A stretch of 64,000 nucleotides of DNA from Shinella sp. SUS2 (GCF_001262505.1 NZ_KQ410724.1:320848-384847); one strand, 5' to 3'. Shown: positions 10,369-20,316, counted from the stretch's first letter. Notes: generated from the letters alone by a model not told the origin. Numbers and translations are program-made.

Positions 10369-10928
10369 GGCGGCCGATTCGCCGCGAGGTTGTCCACAGG
10401 CGAATTCATATTTCGGGCATTTGACTTGGAAATCCGCAGGTTGCACGGTTCGTGCCGGTTGCTGACCGTACGTGAACCGTGTCGCCCCCGGAATCCGGTC
10501 ACGTGGTGAAAATTGGCTATAAGTCGTACTATTCGACTTTGGTGAAGCCTATCAATGGGTTGTATCGTGTATCGCCTTCCCGTACGTCAACCGGGTATTT
10601 TGCCATGGTTGCACATTTCTCTTGCTATGGTTGAAATTGATGTTGCCAACCATTGTTGCGATCCATGACGGAACCGCTGCTCAATGGCACACGTCTCCTC
10701 GGCGCGGTTAACTATGAGACAAGGCTCCGGCGGGGGAGCGTTAAGAATTCGTTGATTTTTTTTCTTTTTCGCGCGATGCTCAACTCATGCGCGGCAAACG
10801 AGGCCGCACAACCGGTTACCCCATGATGCTAGGTCCGCCGCATCTCCTGGGTCGTGGGGTCGGTCGGTCAGCTACGACAAATACGGAATCCTCGTGCCGT
10901 CGTCGTGTCTGACCGACCCCCATTCAAC

Positions 10929-10957
10929 GCCGCTCCCTCAGGGGAGCGGCGTTTTTG
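10929..10957 (+). terminator. Rho-independent terminator on the + strand inside the pleD-rpmG intergenic region
   Basis: Perfect 9-bp stem GCCGCTCCC/GGGAGCGGC with a 4-nt loop, then GTTTTT. No + strand CDS lies upstream within about 560 nt, which suggests an sRNA 3' end. Confidence 0.6.
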
Positions 10958-10977
10958 ATTCGGGGCAGGAGACACGA

Positions 10978-11022
10978 AGGCTGCCGACAAAAAGAAAAGG
11001 CGCCGGACGTTTCCGTCCAGCG
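10978..11022 (-). terminator. Putative rpmG terminator
   Basis: Hairpin GGCGCTGGACGGAAACGTCCGGCGCC followed by U-rich CUUUUCUUUUU (minus-strand sense), just downstream of the rpmG stop. Confidence 0.55.
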
Positions 11023-11050
11023 CCTTTGCGAACCGAAGCGGCTCCCAAGA

Positions 11051-11218
11051 TTACTTGATCTTGGTTTCCTTGAATTCGACGTGCTTCTTGACGACCGGGT
11101 CGTACTTCGTCTTGGTCATCTTGTCCGTCATCGTACGGCTGTTCTTCGTGGTCACGTAGAAGAAACCGGTGTCGGCCGTCGACAGCAGCTTGATCTTGAT
11201 GGTGGTAGCCTTGGCCAT
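11051..11218 (-). CDS. rpmG: 50S ribosomal protein L33
   Basis: 55 aa product [55 protein letters not shown]. It is below the ORF-track length cutoff and was found by manual translation. Confidence 0.92.
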   Translation of the reverse strand: MAKATTIKIKLLSTADTGFFYVTTKNSRTMTDKMTKTKYDPVVKKHVEFKETKIK

Positions 11219-11311
11219 GGTCGTCCTGCCTTTATCAAAAACGAAGCCGCGGACAGCCAGTCTGCTCTACGGCTTAAATCTGGGCGGAAACTACAAATCG
11301 CGCCCGAAAAG

Positions 11312-12496
11312 TCAACCCCGTTTCGGCCGGAAAACCATCCGGGCGAGAGAAAGTACGAGGTAAAACCCGAAGAAGCCGACGATCGCCCAGGCAAAACCGT
11401 CATTGCCGGAAACATCCATCGCCGCGCCGATGGCCTGCGGACCGACGACGGTGCCGACGGCATAACAGAAGATGAAGGCGGCATTGGCCGCCGCGAGGTC
11501 CGCGCCGACGAGGCGCGAGCCGAGGTGGCTGAGGCCGACCGTGTAGAGGCCGGCGACGCAGCCGCCCCACAGGAACAGCACGGTCGCCATCAGCACCCAG
11601 CTGTGCGAGATGAGGGGCAGGCAGAGCGCGCCGACGAGGCCGATGACCGCCATGATCGTCAGGAGGCGCCTGCGGTCCTTCATGCGGTCGGAAAGCATGC
11701 CGAGCGGGATCTGGAACGCCATGTTGCCGATACCCATCACGGTCAGCAGCAGGGCGGCCTGCGGCTCGCTGAAGCCGGCCCGCGTCGCGTAGATGGGGAA
11801 GAGCGAAAGGCCGCCGACCTCCACCGCGCCGAAGATGAAGACCGCCGCTGTCGCCGTCGGTACGAGAAGGATGTAGCGCATGAAATGCAGCTCGGGCTTC
11901 TCGTCGATATCAGGGCTTTCGCCGCGGGCGATGAAAATGGGAACGGCGGCCAGAAGGATGATGGCGGCACCCACCGCGAAGGGCAGCACGCCGTCGCTGC
12001 CCAGAAGTGAGAAGAGCAGGGGACCGGCGGCGAAGCCGAGCGACAGCACCGTGGCATAGATGCCCAGCACGAGACCGCGCCGGCGGGGCGGGGCAGCGGC
12101 GTTGATCCAGAATTCGGAGAGGATGAAGAGCGTGGTGATCGCGCCGTGGAAGACCAGGCGAAGCGGGAACCACAGCCAGAAATTCTGGATGTAGTAGAAG
12201 CCGAGGCCGCTGATCGCCGCCAGAATGATGGCGGCGATCATGATCGTCGAGGTGCCCCAGGCATGCGCAAGGCGCGTGGTGAAGGGGGCGGCAGCCATGG
12301 CGGCGACGCCGGCCATGGCAGAGTTGATGCCGATCATGGTGGGGGAAATGCCGCGCTTCTCCATGATGATGGAGAGCAGCGGAAGACCGAGGCCGATGGC
12401 GATGCCGACGGCGGAAATGGCGGCGACGGCTGCAAAGAGAGACCGCCAGTGGATGCTCTCCACCGGGCCCGAGGTGCCGGATTGCGGCTGCGTCAT
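11312..12496 (-). CDS. MFS transporter
   Basis: 12-TM hydrophobic profile. Start chosen at MTQPQSG (12496), which has a GAGGA SD. Confidence 0.8.
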   Translation of the reverse strand: MTQPQSGTSGPVESIHWRSLFAAVAAISAVGIAIGLGLPLLSIIMEKRGISPTMIGINSAMAGVAAMAAAPFTTRLAHAWGTSTIMIAAIILAAISGLGFYYIQNFWLWFPLRLVFHGAITTLFILSEFWINAAAPPRRRGLVLGIYATVLSLGFAAGPLLFSLLGSDGVLPFAVGAAIILLAAVPIFIARGESPDIDEKPELHFMRYILLVPTATAAVFIFGAVEVGGLSLFPIYATRAGFSEPQAALLLTVMGIGNMAFQIPLGMLSDRMKDRRRLLTIMAVIGLVGALCLPLISHSWVLMATVLFLWGGCVAGLYTVGLSHLGSRLVGADLAAANAAFIFCYAVGTVVGPQAIGAAMDVSGNDGFAWAIVGFFGFYLVLSLARMVFRPKRG

Positions 12497-12509
12497 ATGC
12501 GATAGATCC

Positions 12510-13172
12510 TCAAAGAAGGTCCCGAAGGAAGCGCCCGCGCTGGGTGTGATACAGCGGCACGGTTCTTCCGAAGGGCAGAGACTTGTCTTCCTGAAGGCTT
12601 TTTTGAAGCTCTTCAAGGATCAATACGGTTATGTCGGGCATCTCGATGCCGCCGCGGTCAAAAATATTCACCCAGCGCAGGTCTTCCAGCTCATGGCTCG
12701 CCGTTGCGCCGGCGGGGTCGATGCCCGCCTCGTCGGTAAAGAGCGCGAAGAAGCGCGTATCGAACCGCCGGACCATGCCGGCCGGCGTGATGGCGCGGGC
12801 AAGGAAACGCAGGTTGGAAAGGTCGGGGCGGAAGGGCAGGGCGTTTTGTGAGGCAGCCTCGATCGACGTGCCGACGGAAATACCGGCCTCTTCGTAGAGT
12901 TCCCGCAACGCGGCAACGCCCAGCGCTCGCAGGCGCGAATCGGAGCAGCGGGTGCCGCTGCGCAGCGCCAGCCGTTCGCAGGCCAGCGGGTTCAATGGAT
13001 GGGAGACGGGAACGAGGCGGTCCGTCGCATCGCGCCGGCCACCGGGAAAGACATAGACATCCGGCATGAAGACATGCTTGCTGCTGCGCCGGCCGACGAG
13101 CACCCGCATGCGCTCGCCCGACCGGTCGAGAAGCAGGATCGAGGCTGCATCGACGGGTCGGACGGGTGTCAT
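12510..13172 (-). CDS. NUDIX hydrolase
   Basis: Nudix box (ALRELYEEAGI). Its start ATG overlaps the stop of the upstream DUF983 gene in an ATGA arrangement. Confidence 0.8.
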   Translation of the reverse strand: MTPVRPVDAASILLLDRSGERMRVLVGRRSSKHVFMPDVYVFPGGRRDATDRLVPVSHPLNPLACERLALRSGTRCSDSRLRALGVAALRELYEEAGISVGTSIEAASQNALPFRPDLSNLRFLARAITPAGMVRRFDTRFFALFTDEAGIDPAGATASHELEDLRWVNIFDRGGIEMPDITVLILEELQKSLQEDKSLPFGRTVPLYHTQRGRFLRDLL

Positions 13173-13645
13173 GCCGTCCGGTCGCCGTAGGCGGACGCCG
13201 TGTCCACTTCCCTCTCTTCCGGCTTGTCGCCGAAGCCGTGCATCTTCAGCGCCCATTGCAGGCCGATGGCGCCGCCCTTGATGGGCTGCAGCAGAAGGAG
13301 CGACAGGATGAGCGTGATCGGGGTCCAGATGGCGAGGTGCTGCCAGGTGGTGAGCGGCCAGACGAGGTCCGTCGCCATGTAGCCGCCGACCACGATATGA
13401 CCGACGATGGTGATGACGAGATAGGGCGGCAGGTCGTCGGCACGCTGGTGCGTGTAGTCCTCGCCGCAGGCGGCACAGTTTTCCACGGGCTTGACGAAGG
13501 ACTTGAACAGGCGGCCTGAACCGCAGGCGGGGCAGCGGTTCAGCATGCCTCGCTTGATGGCACGGCCGAGCGGGCGCTCCACCGGCCGGGCGGCCGGGCT
13601 GTCGCCGAAATGCTGCGTGTTGCCGCTGGTTTCGTTCGCCTGCAT
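13169..13645 (-). CDS. DUF983 family membrane zinc-ribbon protein
   Basis: CPACGSGRLF...CAACGEDY zinc ribbon followed by TM helices. Translationally coupled to the NUDIX gene. Confidence 0.7.
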   Translation of the reverse strand: MQANETSGNTQHFGDSPAARPVERPLGRAIKRGMLNRCPACGSGRLFKSFVKPVENCAACGEDYTHQRADDLPPYLVITIVGHIVVGGYMATDLVWPLTTWQHLAIWTPITLILSLLLLQPIKGGAIGLQWALKMHGFGDKPEEREVDTASAYGDRTA

Positions 13646-13713
13646 GTCCTGTCCTTCCCGCCGGCACTTCGCGCCGGCCATTTCTCTTCGCGCCGGGGGC
13701 GGCGCGATACCGC

Positions 13714-16065
13714 TCAGCGTCTGCCGCGGGGCGGGCGCGTACCCGGCTGGTGCCGCGGCGCGCTGCCCTTGCGCCGGCCCGACTTGTGGAAGGAGCGCAC
13801 CGCCGTCGGCATCTTGCGTCCCTCGCTGATCATGTCGAACCGGAGCGAACCGGCAAGCGGCACCGCTTCCGCGAGTTTGACGCGCACCTCGTCGCCGAGT
13901 CGATAGCCGAGCCCGGTTTTTTCGCCGGACAGGGCCTGATGCGCCTCGTCGTAGATGAAGTAGTCGCGTCCGAGCATAGATATAGGCACGAAACCATCGG
14001 CACCATATGCCGGCAGGGTGACAAAAAGTCCCGCCTTGGTGACGCCCGAAACACGCCCGTCGAATTCCTCGCCGATGCGCCCGGCCAGGTGATGGGCGAT
14101 CAACCGGTCGACCGTGTCGCGCTCGGCCGCCATGGCGCGCCGCTCGAAGGTCGAGATCTCGGCCGCGATATCGTCGAGCACCGCTTCCTCGTCCGGCGTG
14201 ATGCCGCCCTCGCCAAGGCCGAGCGAGCCCACCAGCGCCCGGTGCACGATGAGGTCCGCATAGCGGCGGATCGGTGAGGTGAAATGGGCATATTTCATCA
14301 GGTTGAGGCCGAAGTGGCCGATGTTTTCGGGGCTGTAGATCGCCTGGCTCTGCGAGCGCAGCACCATCTCGCTCACCATCTGCTCGAACGGCTTGTCCTT
14401 GGCCTTCGCCAGGATGCCGTTGAAATGGTTGGAGCGCATGTTGCCGCCCTTCACCAGGGATATGTCGAGCGTCTGCAGGAACTCGCGCAGCACCTCCTGC
14501 TTGGCGAGCGAAGGCGCGTCGTGCACGCGGTAGATCAGGACCTGCTTCTTCTTTTCCAGCGTCTCTGCGGCCGCGACGTTGGCCTGGATCATCATCTCCT
14601 CGATGAGCTTGTGGGCATCGAGCCGCGGCGGCACGACGACGCGGTCGACCGTGCCGTCCTCCTTCAGGAGGATCTTGCGTTCGGGCATGTCGAGTTCGAG
14701 CGGCTGGCGGCGGTTCCGGCCGACCGTCATGATGCGGTAGGCTTCCCAGAGCGGCTTCAGGATCGTCTCGAGGATCGGGCCGGTCTTGTCGTCGGGCGCG
14801 CCGTCGATGGCGGCCTGCGCCTGCTGGTAGGAGAGCTTTGCCGCGCTCTTCATCATGATGCGGTGGAAGGTGTGGCCCGCCTTGCGGCCCTCATGCGAGA
14901 AGACCATGCGCACGGCGAGCGCCGGGCGGTCGACGCCTTCCTTCAGCGAGCAGAGGTCGTTGGAGATGCGCTCCGGCAGCATGGGCACGACGCGATCCGG
15001 GAAATAGACCGAGTTACCGCGTTTCAGCGCCTCGCGGTCGAGCGCCGATTTCGGCCGCACATAGTAGCTCACATCGGCGATAGCGACGGTGACGATCACG
15101 CCGCCGGGATTGTCGGGCGACGGGTCGGGCTCTGCGAAGACAGCGTCGTCATGGTCCTTGGCGTCGGCCGGGTCGATGGTGATGAGCGGCAGGCTGCGCC
15201 AGTCCTCGCGGTGCGCCATGGTGGCGGGGCCGGCGGCCTCCGCCTCGCGGATGACGGCATCGGGGAAGATGTAGGGAATGCCATGCGCATGGATGGCGAT
15301 CATGGAGATCGCCTTTTCCGAGGCGACGGAGCCGACCACGCCCTTGATCTGCGCGCGTGGCAGGCCGTAGCGGCCCATGCGCACGACGTCGATCTCGACG
15401 AGGTCACCGTCCTTGGCGCCCGCCGTGAAGTCCGCGTCGACCTCCATCTCCTCGCCGCGCCGGTCGATCGGCATGATGCGTCCGCCGCCGCCTGCCATGG
15501 AGCGGAACACGCCCATGCCGGAATTCTTCTTCTTGTCGAGCACCTTGATGATGCGCGCCGTATAGGCCGGGCCGCCGCGCTCCTTCGCCGGGAAGATCTT
15601 GGCCAGCACCCGGTCGCCGAGCCCGGCAACGGGCGCCTTGTCCTTGCGCGCACCGCCCGACTGACGGATCAGGACGGCGGGCGCGACGCCGGCATCGTCG
15701 AGCCATTCCGCCGGGCGGCCGATCAGTTCGCCATCGACGTCCCGCGTGGTGATGTCGAGCACGGTGACCGGAGGAAGGGCGCCGGGCCGCACCAGCGACT
15801 TGCGGCGCTTTTCCAGAAACCCGTCTTCCTCGAAGGATTTCAGCAGCGCCTTCAGCTCGACGCGCGCCTCGCCCTTCAAGCCGAAGGCCTTGGCGATCTC
15901 GCGCTTCGAGGCCTGTTCCGGGTGGTCGGCGATGAAGCGCAGCAGCACGTCGCGCGGCGGGATGGCACCATGGATAATCGGGGTATCGTCTGCCGGCGGC
16001 AGGTCATGGCCCGCGCGGCCCGGCCGCATGGATCGTCCTGCCCGGCCGCGTGGTTCTCTCGTCAT
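13714..16065 (-). CDS. rnr: Ribonuclease R (RNB family 3'-5' exoribonuclease)
   Basis: RNB domain plus C-terminal S1 and basic tail. The start at 16065 lies 4 nt after the topA stop. Confidence 0.92.
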   Translation of the reverse strand: MTREPRGRAGRSMRPGRAGHDLPPADDTPIIHGAIPPRDVLLRFIADHPEQASKREIAKAFGLKGEARVELKALLKSFEEDGFLEKRRKSLVRPGALPPVTVLDITTRDVDGELIGRPAEWLDDAGVAPAVLIRQSGGARKDKAPVAGLGDRVLAKIFPAKERGGPAYTARIIKVLDKKKNSGMGVFRSMAGGGGRIMPIDRRGEEMEVDADFTAGAKDGDLVEIDVVRMGRYGLPRAQIKGVVGSVASEKAISMIAIHAHGIPYIFPDAVIREAEAAGPATMAHREDWRSLPLITIDPADAKDHDDAVFAEPDPSPDNPGGVIVTVAIADVSYYVRPKSALDREALKRGNSVYFPDRVVPMLPERISNDLCSLKEGVDRPALAVRMVFSHEGRKAGHTFHRIMMKSAAKLSYQQAQAAIDGAPDDKTGPILETILKPLWEAYRIMTVGRNRRQPLELDMPERKILLKEDGTVDRVVVPPRLDAHKLIEEMMIQANVAAAETLEKKKQVLIYRVHDAPSLAKQEVLREFLQTLDISLVKGGNMRSNHFNGILAKAKDKPFEQMVSEMVLRSQSQAIYSPENIGHFGLNLMKYAHFTSPIRRYADLIVHRALVGSLGLGEGGITPDEEAVLDDIAAEISTFERRAMAAERDTVDRLIAHHLAGRIGEEFDGRVSGVTKAGLFVTLPAYGADGFVPISMLGRDYFIYDEAHQALSGEKTGLGYRLGDEVRVKLAEAVPLAGSLRFDMISEGRKMPTAVRSFHKSGRRKGSAPRHQPGTRPPRGRR

Positions 16066-16069
16066 GCCG

Positions 16070-18724
16070 TCAGGCCTTCTTTGCCTTGGTTGCGGTCTTG
16101 GCCTTGGGCGCTGCCTTCGGCTTTGCGGCCTTGGCATCGTCCGACTTCGCCGCCTTGGTGGTCTTCGTCGCCTTGGCCTTGCCCTTGGCGGGCGTCTTGC
16201 CGGCCTTGTCGGCGATCAATACGAGGGCCTCTTCCAGCGTCACGCTGTCAGCGGCCTTGCCCTTGGGCAGTGTGGCGTTGACCTTGCCCCAGTTCACGTA
16301 GGGGCCGTACTTGCCGTCCCGCACCGTGATGGGGCCGCCGTCCGGATGGTCGCCGAGCGTCTTCAGGGCCGCAGGCGTGCCGCGCGAGCGGCCGCCGGGG
16401 CCCTTCGACTGCTTGTCGGCAATGACCGAAACGGCGCGGTTGAGGCCGATCGAGAACACGTCCTCGACACTTTCAAGGTTCGCATAGCCGCCGTCATGCA
16501 GCAGGAACGGGCCGTAGCGACCGATGCCGGCGGAGATCATCTTGCCGGTTTCCGGATGCTGGCCGATATCGCGCGGCAGCGAGAGCAGGGCGAGCGCCTT
16601 CTCGTGGTCGATGCTCGCCGGCGTCCAGCCCTTGGGCAGGCTGGCGCGCTTGGCTTCCTTGCCGTCACCGCGCTGCACATACGGCCCGAAGCGGCCGTTA
16701 CGCAGCGTGATCTCTTCGCCCGTATGCGGATCCTTGCCGAGGCTCTGCGGCTCGTTGGAGGCAGCGGCCTCCGCATCCGAACCGTTGTCGGCGGAAAGCT
16801 GACGGGTGAAGTTGCATTCCGGATAGTTCGAGCAGCCGACGAAGGCGCCGAACTTGCCGAGCTTCAGCGAGAGCTTGCCGGTGCCACAGACCTGGCAGAT
16901 CCGCGGATCGCTGCCGTCCTCGCGCTTGGGGAAGACGAGCGGGGCGAGCTCCTCGTTGAGGGCATCGAGCACGTTGGTGACGCGCAGTTCCTTCGTGTCC
17001 TCGATCTGCGCGAAGAAGTCCTTCCAGAAATCGCGGAGAACCTGCTTCCAGTCGAGTTCGCCGGCCGAGATCTTGTCGAGCTTTTCTTCAAGGCCCGCGG
17101 TGAAGTCGTATTCGACATAGCGGGTGAAGAAGCTCTCGAGGAAGGCCGTGACGAGGCGGCCCTTGGCCTCCGGGATCAGCTTGCGCTTGTCGATGATGAT
17201 GTATTCGCGGTCGCGCAGCGTCGCAAGCGTTGCGGCATAGGTCGACGGACGACCGATGCCGAGCTCTTCCATCTTCTTGATGAGCGAGGCTTCCGAGTAG
17301 CGCGGCGGCGGCTCGGTGAAGTGCTGGCTGGCATTCACCTTCTGCTTGGCGACCGTCTCGTTGGCGTTGATCTCCGGCAGGCGGCCGTCGTCGTCACCGT
17401 CGTCCGACTGTTCGCCATCTTCCTTCTGGTCGGTATAGGCGGCGATGAAGCCGTCGAAGCGGATGACCGAGCCGGTGGCGCGCAGGCCTGCCTTGCGCCC
17501 GCCATTGTCCGCCTCGATCTCGACCGTCGTGCGCTCGATCTCGGCCGAGGCCATCTGGCTGGCGATGCCGCGCTTCCAGACGAGATCGTAGAGTTTCAGC
17601 TGGTCCGGATCGAGATAGCGCTTCACCTGGTCGGGTGTGCGGTCGAAGGAGGTTGGGCGGATCGCCTCGTGGGCCTCCTGGGCGTTCTTCGCCTTGGTGG
17701 AGTAGATGCGGGCCTTTTCCGGTACATAGCGTGCGCCGAACTGCTCGCCAACGGCCTTGCGGGCGGCGTCGATCGCCTCCGGCGCCATCTGCACGCCGTC
17801 GGTACGCATATAGGTGATGAGACCGACCGTCTCGCCGCCGATGTCGATGCCCTCATAGAGCTTCTGCGCCACCTGCATGGTGCGGGAGGCGGAGAAGCCG
17901 AGCTTGGAGGAGGCGGCCTGCTGCAGGGTGGAGGTGGTGAAGGGTGGCGAGGGATTGCGCTTGGTGGGCTTGGCCTCGACGCTTTCGACGCGGTAGGCCG
18001 CACCGTCGAGCAGCGCCTTGAGGCGGTTCGCCTCCTCGCCGTTGCCGATCGCCTTTGGTTGGAGACGCTTTCCTTCGGCCGAAACGAGGCGCGCCTCGAA
18101 CTCGTCGCCGCGCGGCGTCTTCAGGAGGGCGGAGAGGTTCCAGTATTCCTCCGAGACGAAACGCTCGATTTCGGATTCCCGGTCGCAGACGAGGCGCAGC
18201 GCCACCGACTGAACGCGGCCGGCCGAGCGGGCGCCCGGCAGCTTGCGCCAGAGAACCGGCGAGAGGTTGAAGCCGACGAGATAATCGAGGGCACGGCGGG
18301 CGAGGTAGGCATCGACCAGCGCGATGTCGATGTCGCGCGGGTTGCGCATGGCATCGAGCACGGCCGACTTGGTGATGGCGTTGAAGACGACGCGCTTGAC
18401 CGGTTTGTCGCCGATGACACGCTTCTTCTTCAGGACGTCGAGTACGTGCCAGGAGATGGCTTCGCCTTCGCGATCCGGGTCGGTCGCGAGAATGAGGCCG
18501 TCGGAGGATTTCACCGCGTCTGCAATGTCCTTCATACGCTTGGCCGAGGCGCTGTCCACTTCCCAGGACATCTCGAAGTCCTCGTCCGGGCGCACGGAGC
18601 CGTCCTTGGCGGGCAGATCGCGCACGTGGCCAAAGGAGGCGAGCACCGTGTAGCCGGGGCCGAGATACTTGTTGATCGTCTTGGCCTTGGCAGGCGATTC
18701 CACAACTACAACATTCATCGTCAT
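16070..18724 (-). CDS. topA: DNA topoisomerase I with a lysine/alanine-rich C-terminal tail
   Basis: TOPRIM N-terminus MTMNVVVVESPAKAKTINKYLG, C-terminal zinc ribbons, and a KAKATKTTKAAK tail. Confidence 0.95.
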   Translation of the reverse strand: MTMNVVVVESPAKAKTINKYLGPGYTVLASFGHVRDLPAKDGSVRPDEDFEMSWEVDSASAKRMKDIADAVKSSDGLILATDPDREGEAISWHVLDVLKKKRVIGDKPVKRVVFNAITKSAVLDAMRNPRDIDIALVDAYLARRALDYLVGFNLSPVLWRKLPGARSAGRVQSVALRLVCDRESEIERFVSEEYWNLSALLKTPRGDEFEARLVSAEGKRLQPKAIGNGEEANRLKALLDGAAYRVESVEAKPTKRNPSPPFTTSTLQQAASSKLGFSASRTMQVAQKLYEGIDIGGETVGLITYMRTDGVQMAPEAIDAARKAVGEQFGARYVPEKARIYSTKAKNAQEAHEAIRPTSFDRTPDQVKRYLDPDQLKLYDLVWKRGIASQMASAEIERTTVEIEADNGGRKAGLRATGSVIRFDGFIAAYTDQKEDGEQSDDGDDDGRLPEINANETVAKQKVNASQHFTEPPPRYSEASLIKKMEELGIGRPSTYAATLATLRDREYIIIDKRKLIPEAKGRLVTAFLESFFTRYVEYDFTAGLEEKLDKISAGELDWKQVLRDFWKDFFAQIEDTKELRVTNVLDALNEELAPLVFPKREDGSDPRICQVCGTGKLSLKLGKFGAFVGCSNYPECNFTRQLSADNGSDAEAAASNEPQSLGKDPHTGEEITLRNGRFGPYVQRGDGKEAKRASLPKGWTPASIDHEKALALLSLPRDIGQHPETGKMISAGIGRYGPFLLHDGGYANLESVEDVFSIGLNRAVSVIADKQSKGPGGRSRGTPAALKTLGDHPDGGPITVRDGKYGPYVNWGKVNATLPKGKAADSVTLEEALVLIADKAGKTPAKGKAKATKTTKAAKSDDAKAAKPKAAPKAKTATKAKKA

Positions 18725-18978
18725 TTTTCTCTGAGTACGGGCGCCGCACCCTTGGACGCACGGCGAAACGGGCGCCTTGCGCCGAAAAGTCGTGTCTCGA
18801 CATGAACAGACAAAGCGTTCCGGTCAAGAGGTAGGGGTGAAATTAGTGGGATGCAACGCGATGCAACCATTACGAGATTAATCGGAGATTGCAATTATGA
18901 ATAATCATTGTATCTTTTCCTAGGTCTAGGAATTGCAACCTTTGGGCGATTCCGAAATGTAGATGCAACGGAGGCGCT

Positions 18979-19233
18979 ATGAGCCCGAAACCAGCCAAGT
19001 CCGCCCTCCCGCCCCATACCGCAGAGGAGAACCTTGCCTACACCCGGCAGATGCTGGGCGAGCTGCGCACGGTCGTGAACGCCGAGGGGGCGGACATGCT
19101 GGGCTATCTGATCGAGATGGCCTATGTGGAGGCGGGGGACATTCTGGCCGGTCTGCGGCCGCTTTCAGTCCGGGGTCATCGAGACCCGGCCATCGGCATG
19201 CCGTTGAAGCCGGCCGGCAAGATCAAGCTCTAG
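18979..19233 (+). CDS. Putative small protein (84 aa), unknown function
   Basis: GGAGG SD 5 nt upstream of the ATG, and high GC3 codon usage. It overlaps the last 69 nt of the convergent dprA, which is unusual. Confidence 0.35.
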   Translation: MSPKPAKSALPPHTAEENLAYTRQMLGELRTVVNAEGADMLGYLIEMAYVEAGDILAGLRPLSVRGHRDPAIGMPLKPAGKIKL

Positions 19234-20316
19234 AAGAACGAGATAGACGGTTGCCGCGGTGATGCCGGTATGGCGGATGATCTCGTCGATTTCGGCCGGT
19301 ACCTGGCTCAATGCATTGGTGATGCGTTCCCGTTCGCCGTCGCCCGGCGGCAGACGCAGCGCGGGCGGCGTGTCCCCTGCGGGTTCGCCGGCGCCGGGGC
19401 GGGGAGTGAAAAGGTCGGGCTCGGACAGCGGGCGCAGGCTTTCCAGCACATCCTCCGGCGTCGTGGTGATCGTCGCCCCATCCTTCAGGAGGCCGTTCGT
19501 GCCCTCGCAGCGCGGATCGAGCGGGGAGCCCGGCACGGCGAAGACCAGCCGGCCGAAATCCGCCGCATTGCGCGCGGTGATCAGCGAGCCGGAGCGCACT
19601 GCCGCCTCCACCACCACCAAGCCGAGTGACATGCCGGCGATCAGCCGGTTGCGGCGCGGAAAATCCCGCGCCCGCGGCTCCCAACCGAAGGGCATTTCGC
19701 TGATGGCAAGGCCGTGCCCCTCGGTGAGTTCGGCAAGAAGGCCGATATTTTCCGGCGGATAGGGCTTGTCGAGACCGCCTGCCATGGCCGCGACGGTGCC
19801 GGTGTCGAGGCTGGCGCGATGGGCGGCCGTATCGATGCCGCGGGCAAGGCCCGAAACGATCGTGTAACCCGCCCGCCCGATCTCGCGTGCCAGCAGGCCG
19901 GCGAACTTGGTACCCGAGAGAGACGCGTTCCGCGCTCCGACGATGCCGACGGCCGGTGCCGCCGCGACAGCCCGGTTGCCCTTGACGGCGAGCAGCGGCG
20001 GCGCGCCGTCGATCTGGCGCAGGAGAAAGGGATAGTCGGGTTCGCCGATGCCGACAAAGGCGGCGCCGTGCCGGTCGGCAATGGCAAGTTCGCGCTCGGC
20101 CTCCGCCTGGCTGGCGACGCGGATGGCGCGCGAAGCGCCGCCACGGCGCGAGAGTTCCGGCACCATCTCCAGCGCCGTTTCGGCGCTGCCGAAGTGATTG
20201 ATGAGCTCGCGAAAGGTGACCGGCCCGACATTGTCGCTGCGGATGAGGCGCAGCCAGGCGATCCTCTGTCGTTCCGTCAGCGCAATTCCTCGTGTCCTTG
20301 CGCTGTGGTCGTCCAT
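19165..20316 (-). CDS. dprA: DNA processing protein DprA (Smf)
   Basis: Motifs LTERQRIAWLRL and GPVTFRELINHFGSAETAL, plus a Rossmann-like core. The start at 20316 abuts the plsY stop. Confidence 0.9.
   Translation of the reverse strand: MDDHSARTRGIALTERQRIAWLRLIRSDNVGPVTFRELINHFGSAETALEMVPELSRRGGASRAIRVASQAEAERELAIADRHGAAFVGIGEPDYPFLLRQIDGAPPLLAVKGNRAVAAAPAVGIVGARNASLSGTKFAGLLAREIGRAGYTIVSGLARGIDTAAHRASLDTGTVAAMAGGLDKPYPPENIGLLAELTEGHGLAISEMPFGWEPRARDFPRRNRLIAGMSLGLVVVEAAVRSGSLITARNAADFGRLVFAVPGSPLDPRCEGTNGLLKDGATITTTPEDVLESLRPLSEPDLFTPRPGAGEPAGDTPPALRLPPGDGERERITNALSQVPAEIDEIIRHTGITAATVYLVLLELDLAGRLQRHADGRVSMTPD

Noticed and set aside
10680-10860. 57-codon ORF (MTEPLLNGTRLLGAVNYETRLRRGSVKNSLIFFLFRAML...) in the pleD-rpmG spacer
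   Set aside because: No SD, atypical composition, and it crosses a T-run and a hairpin. More likely noncoding.
15746-18805. 1019-codon + strand ORF and the overlapping 14284-16281 ORF
   Set aside because: Both are antisense to topA and rnr, which are unambiguous.
18860-18900. CtrA box (TTAA-N7-TTAAC) or sigma-54 promoter in the topA upstream region
   Set aside because: TTAATCGGAGATTGCAA matches only a half site. GG...GC spacing does not fit the -24/-12 geometry.
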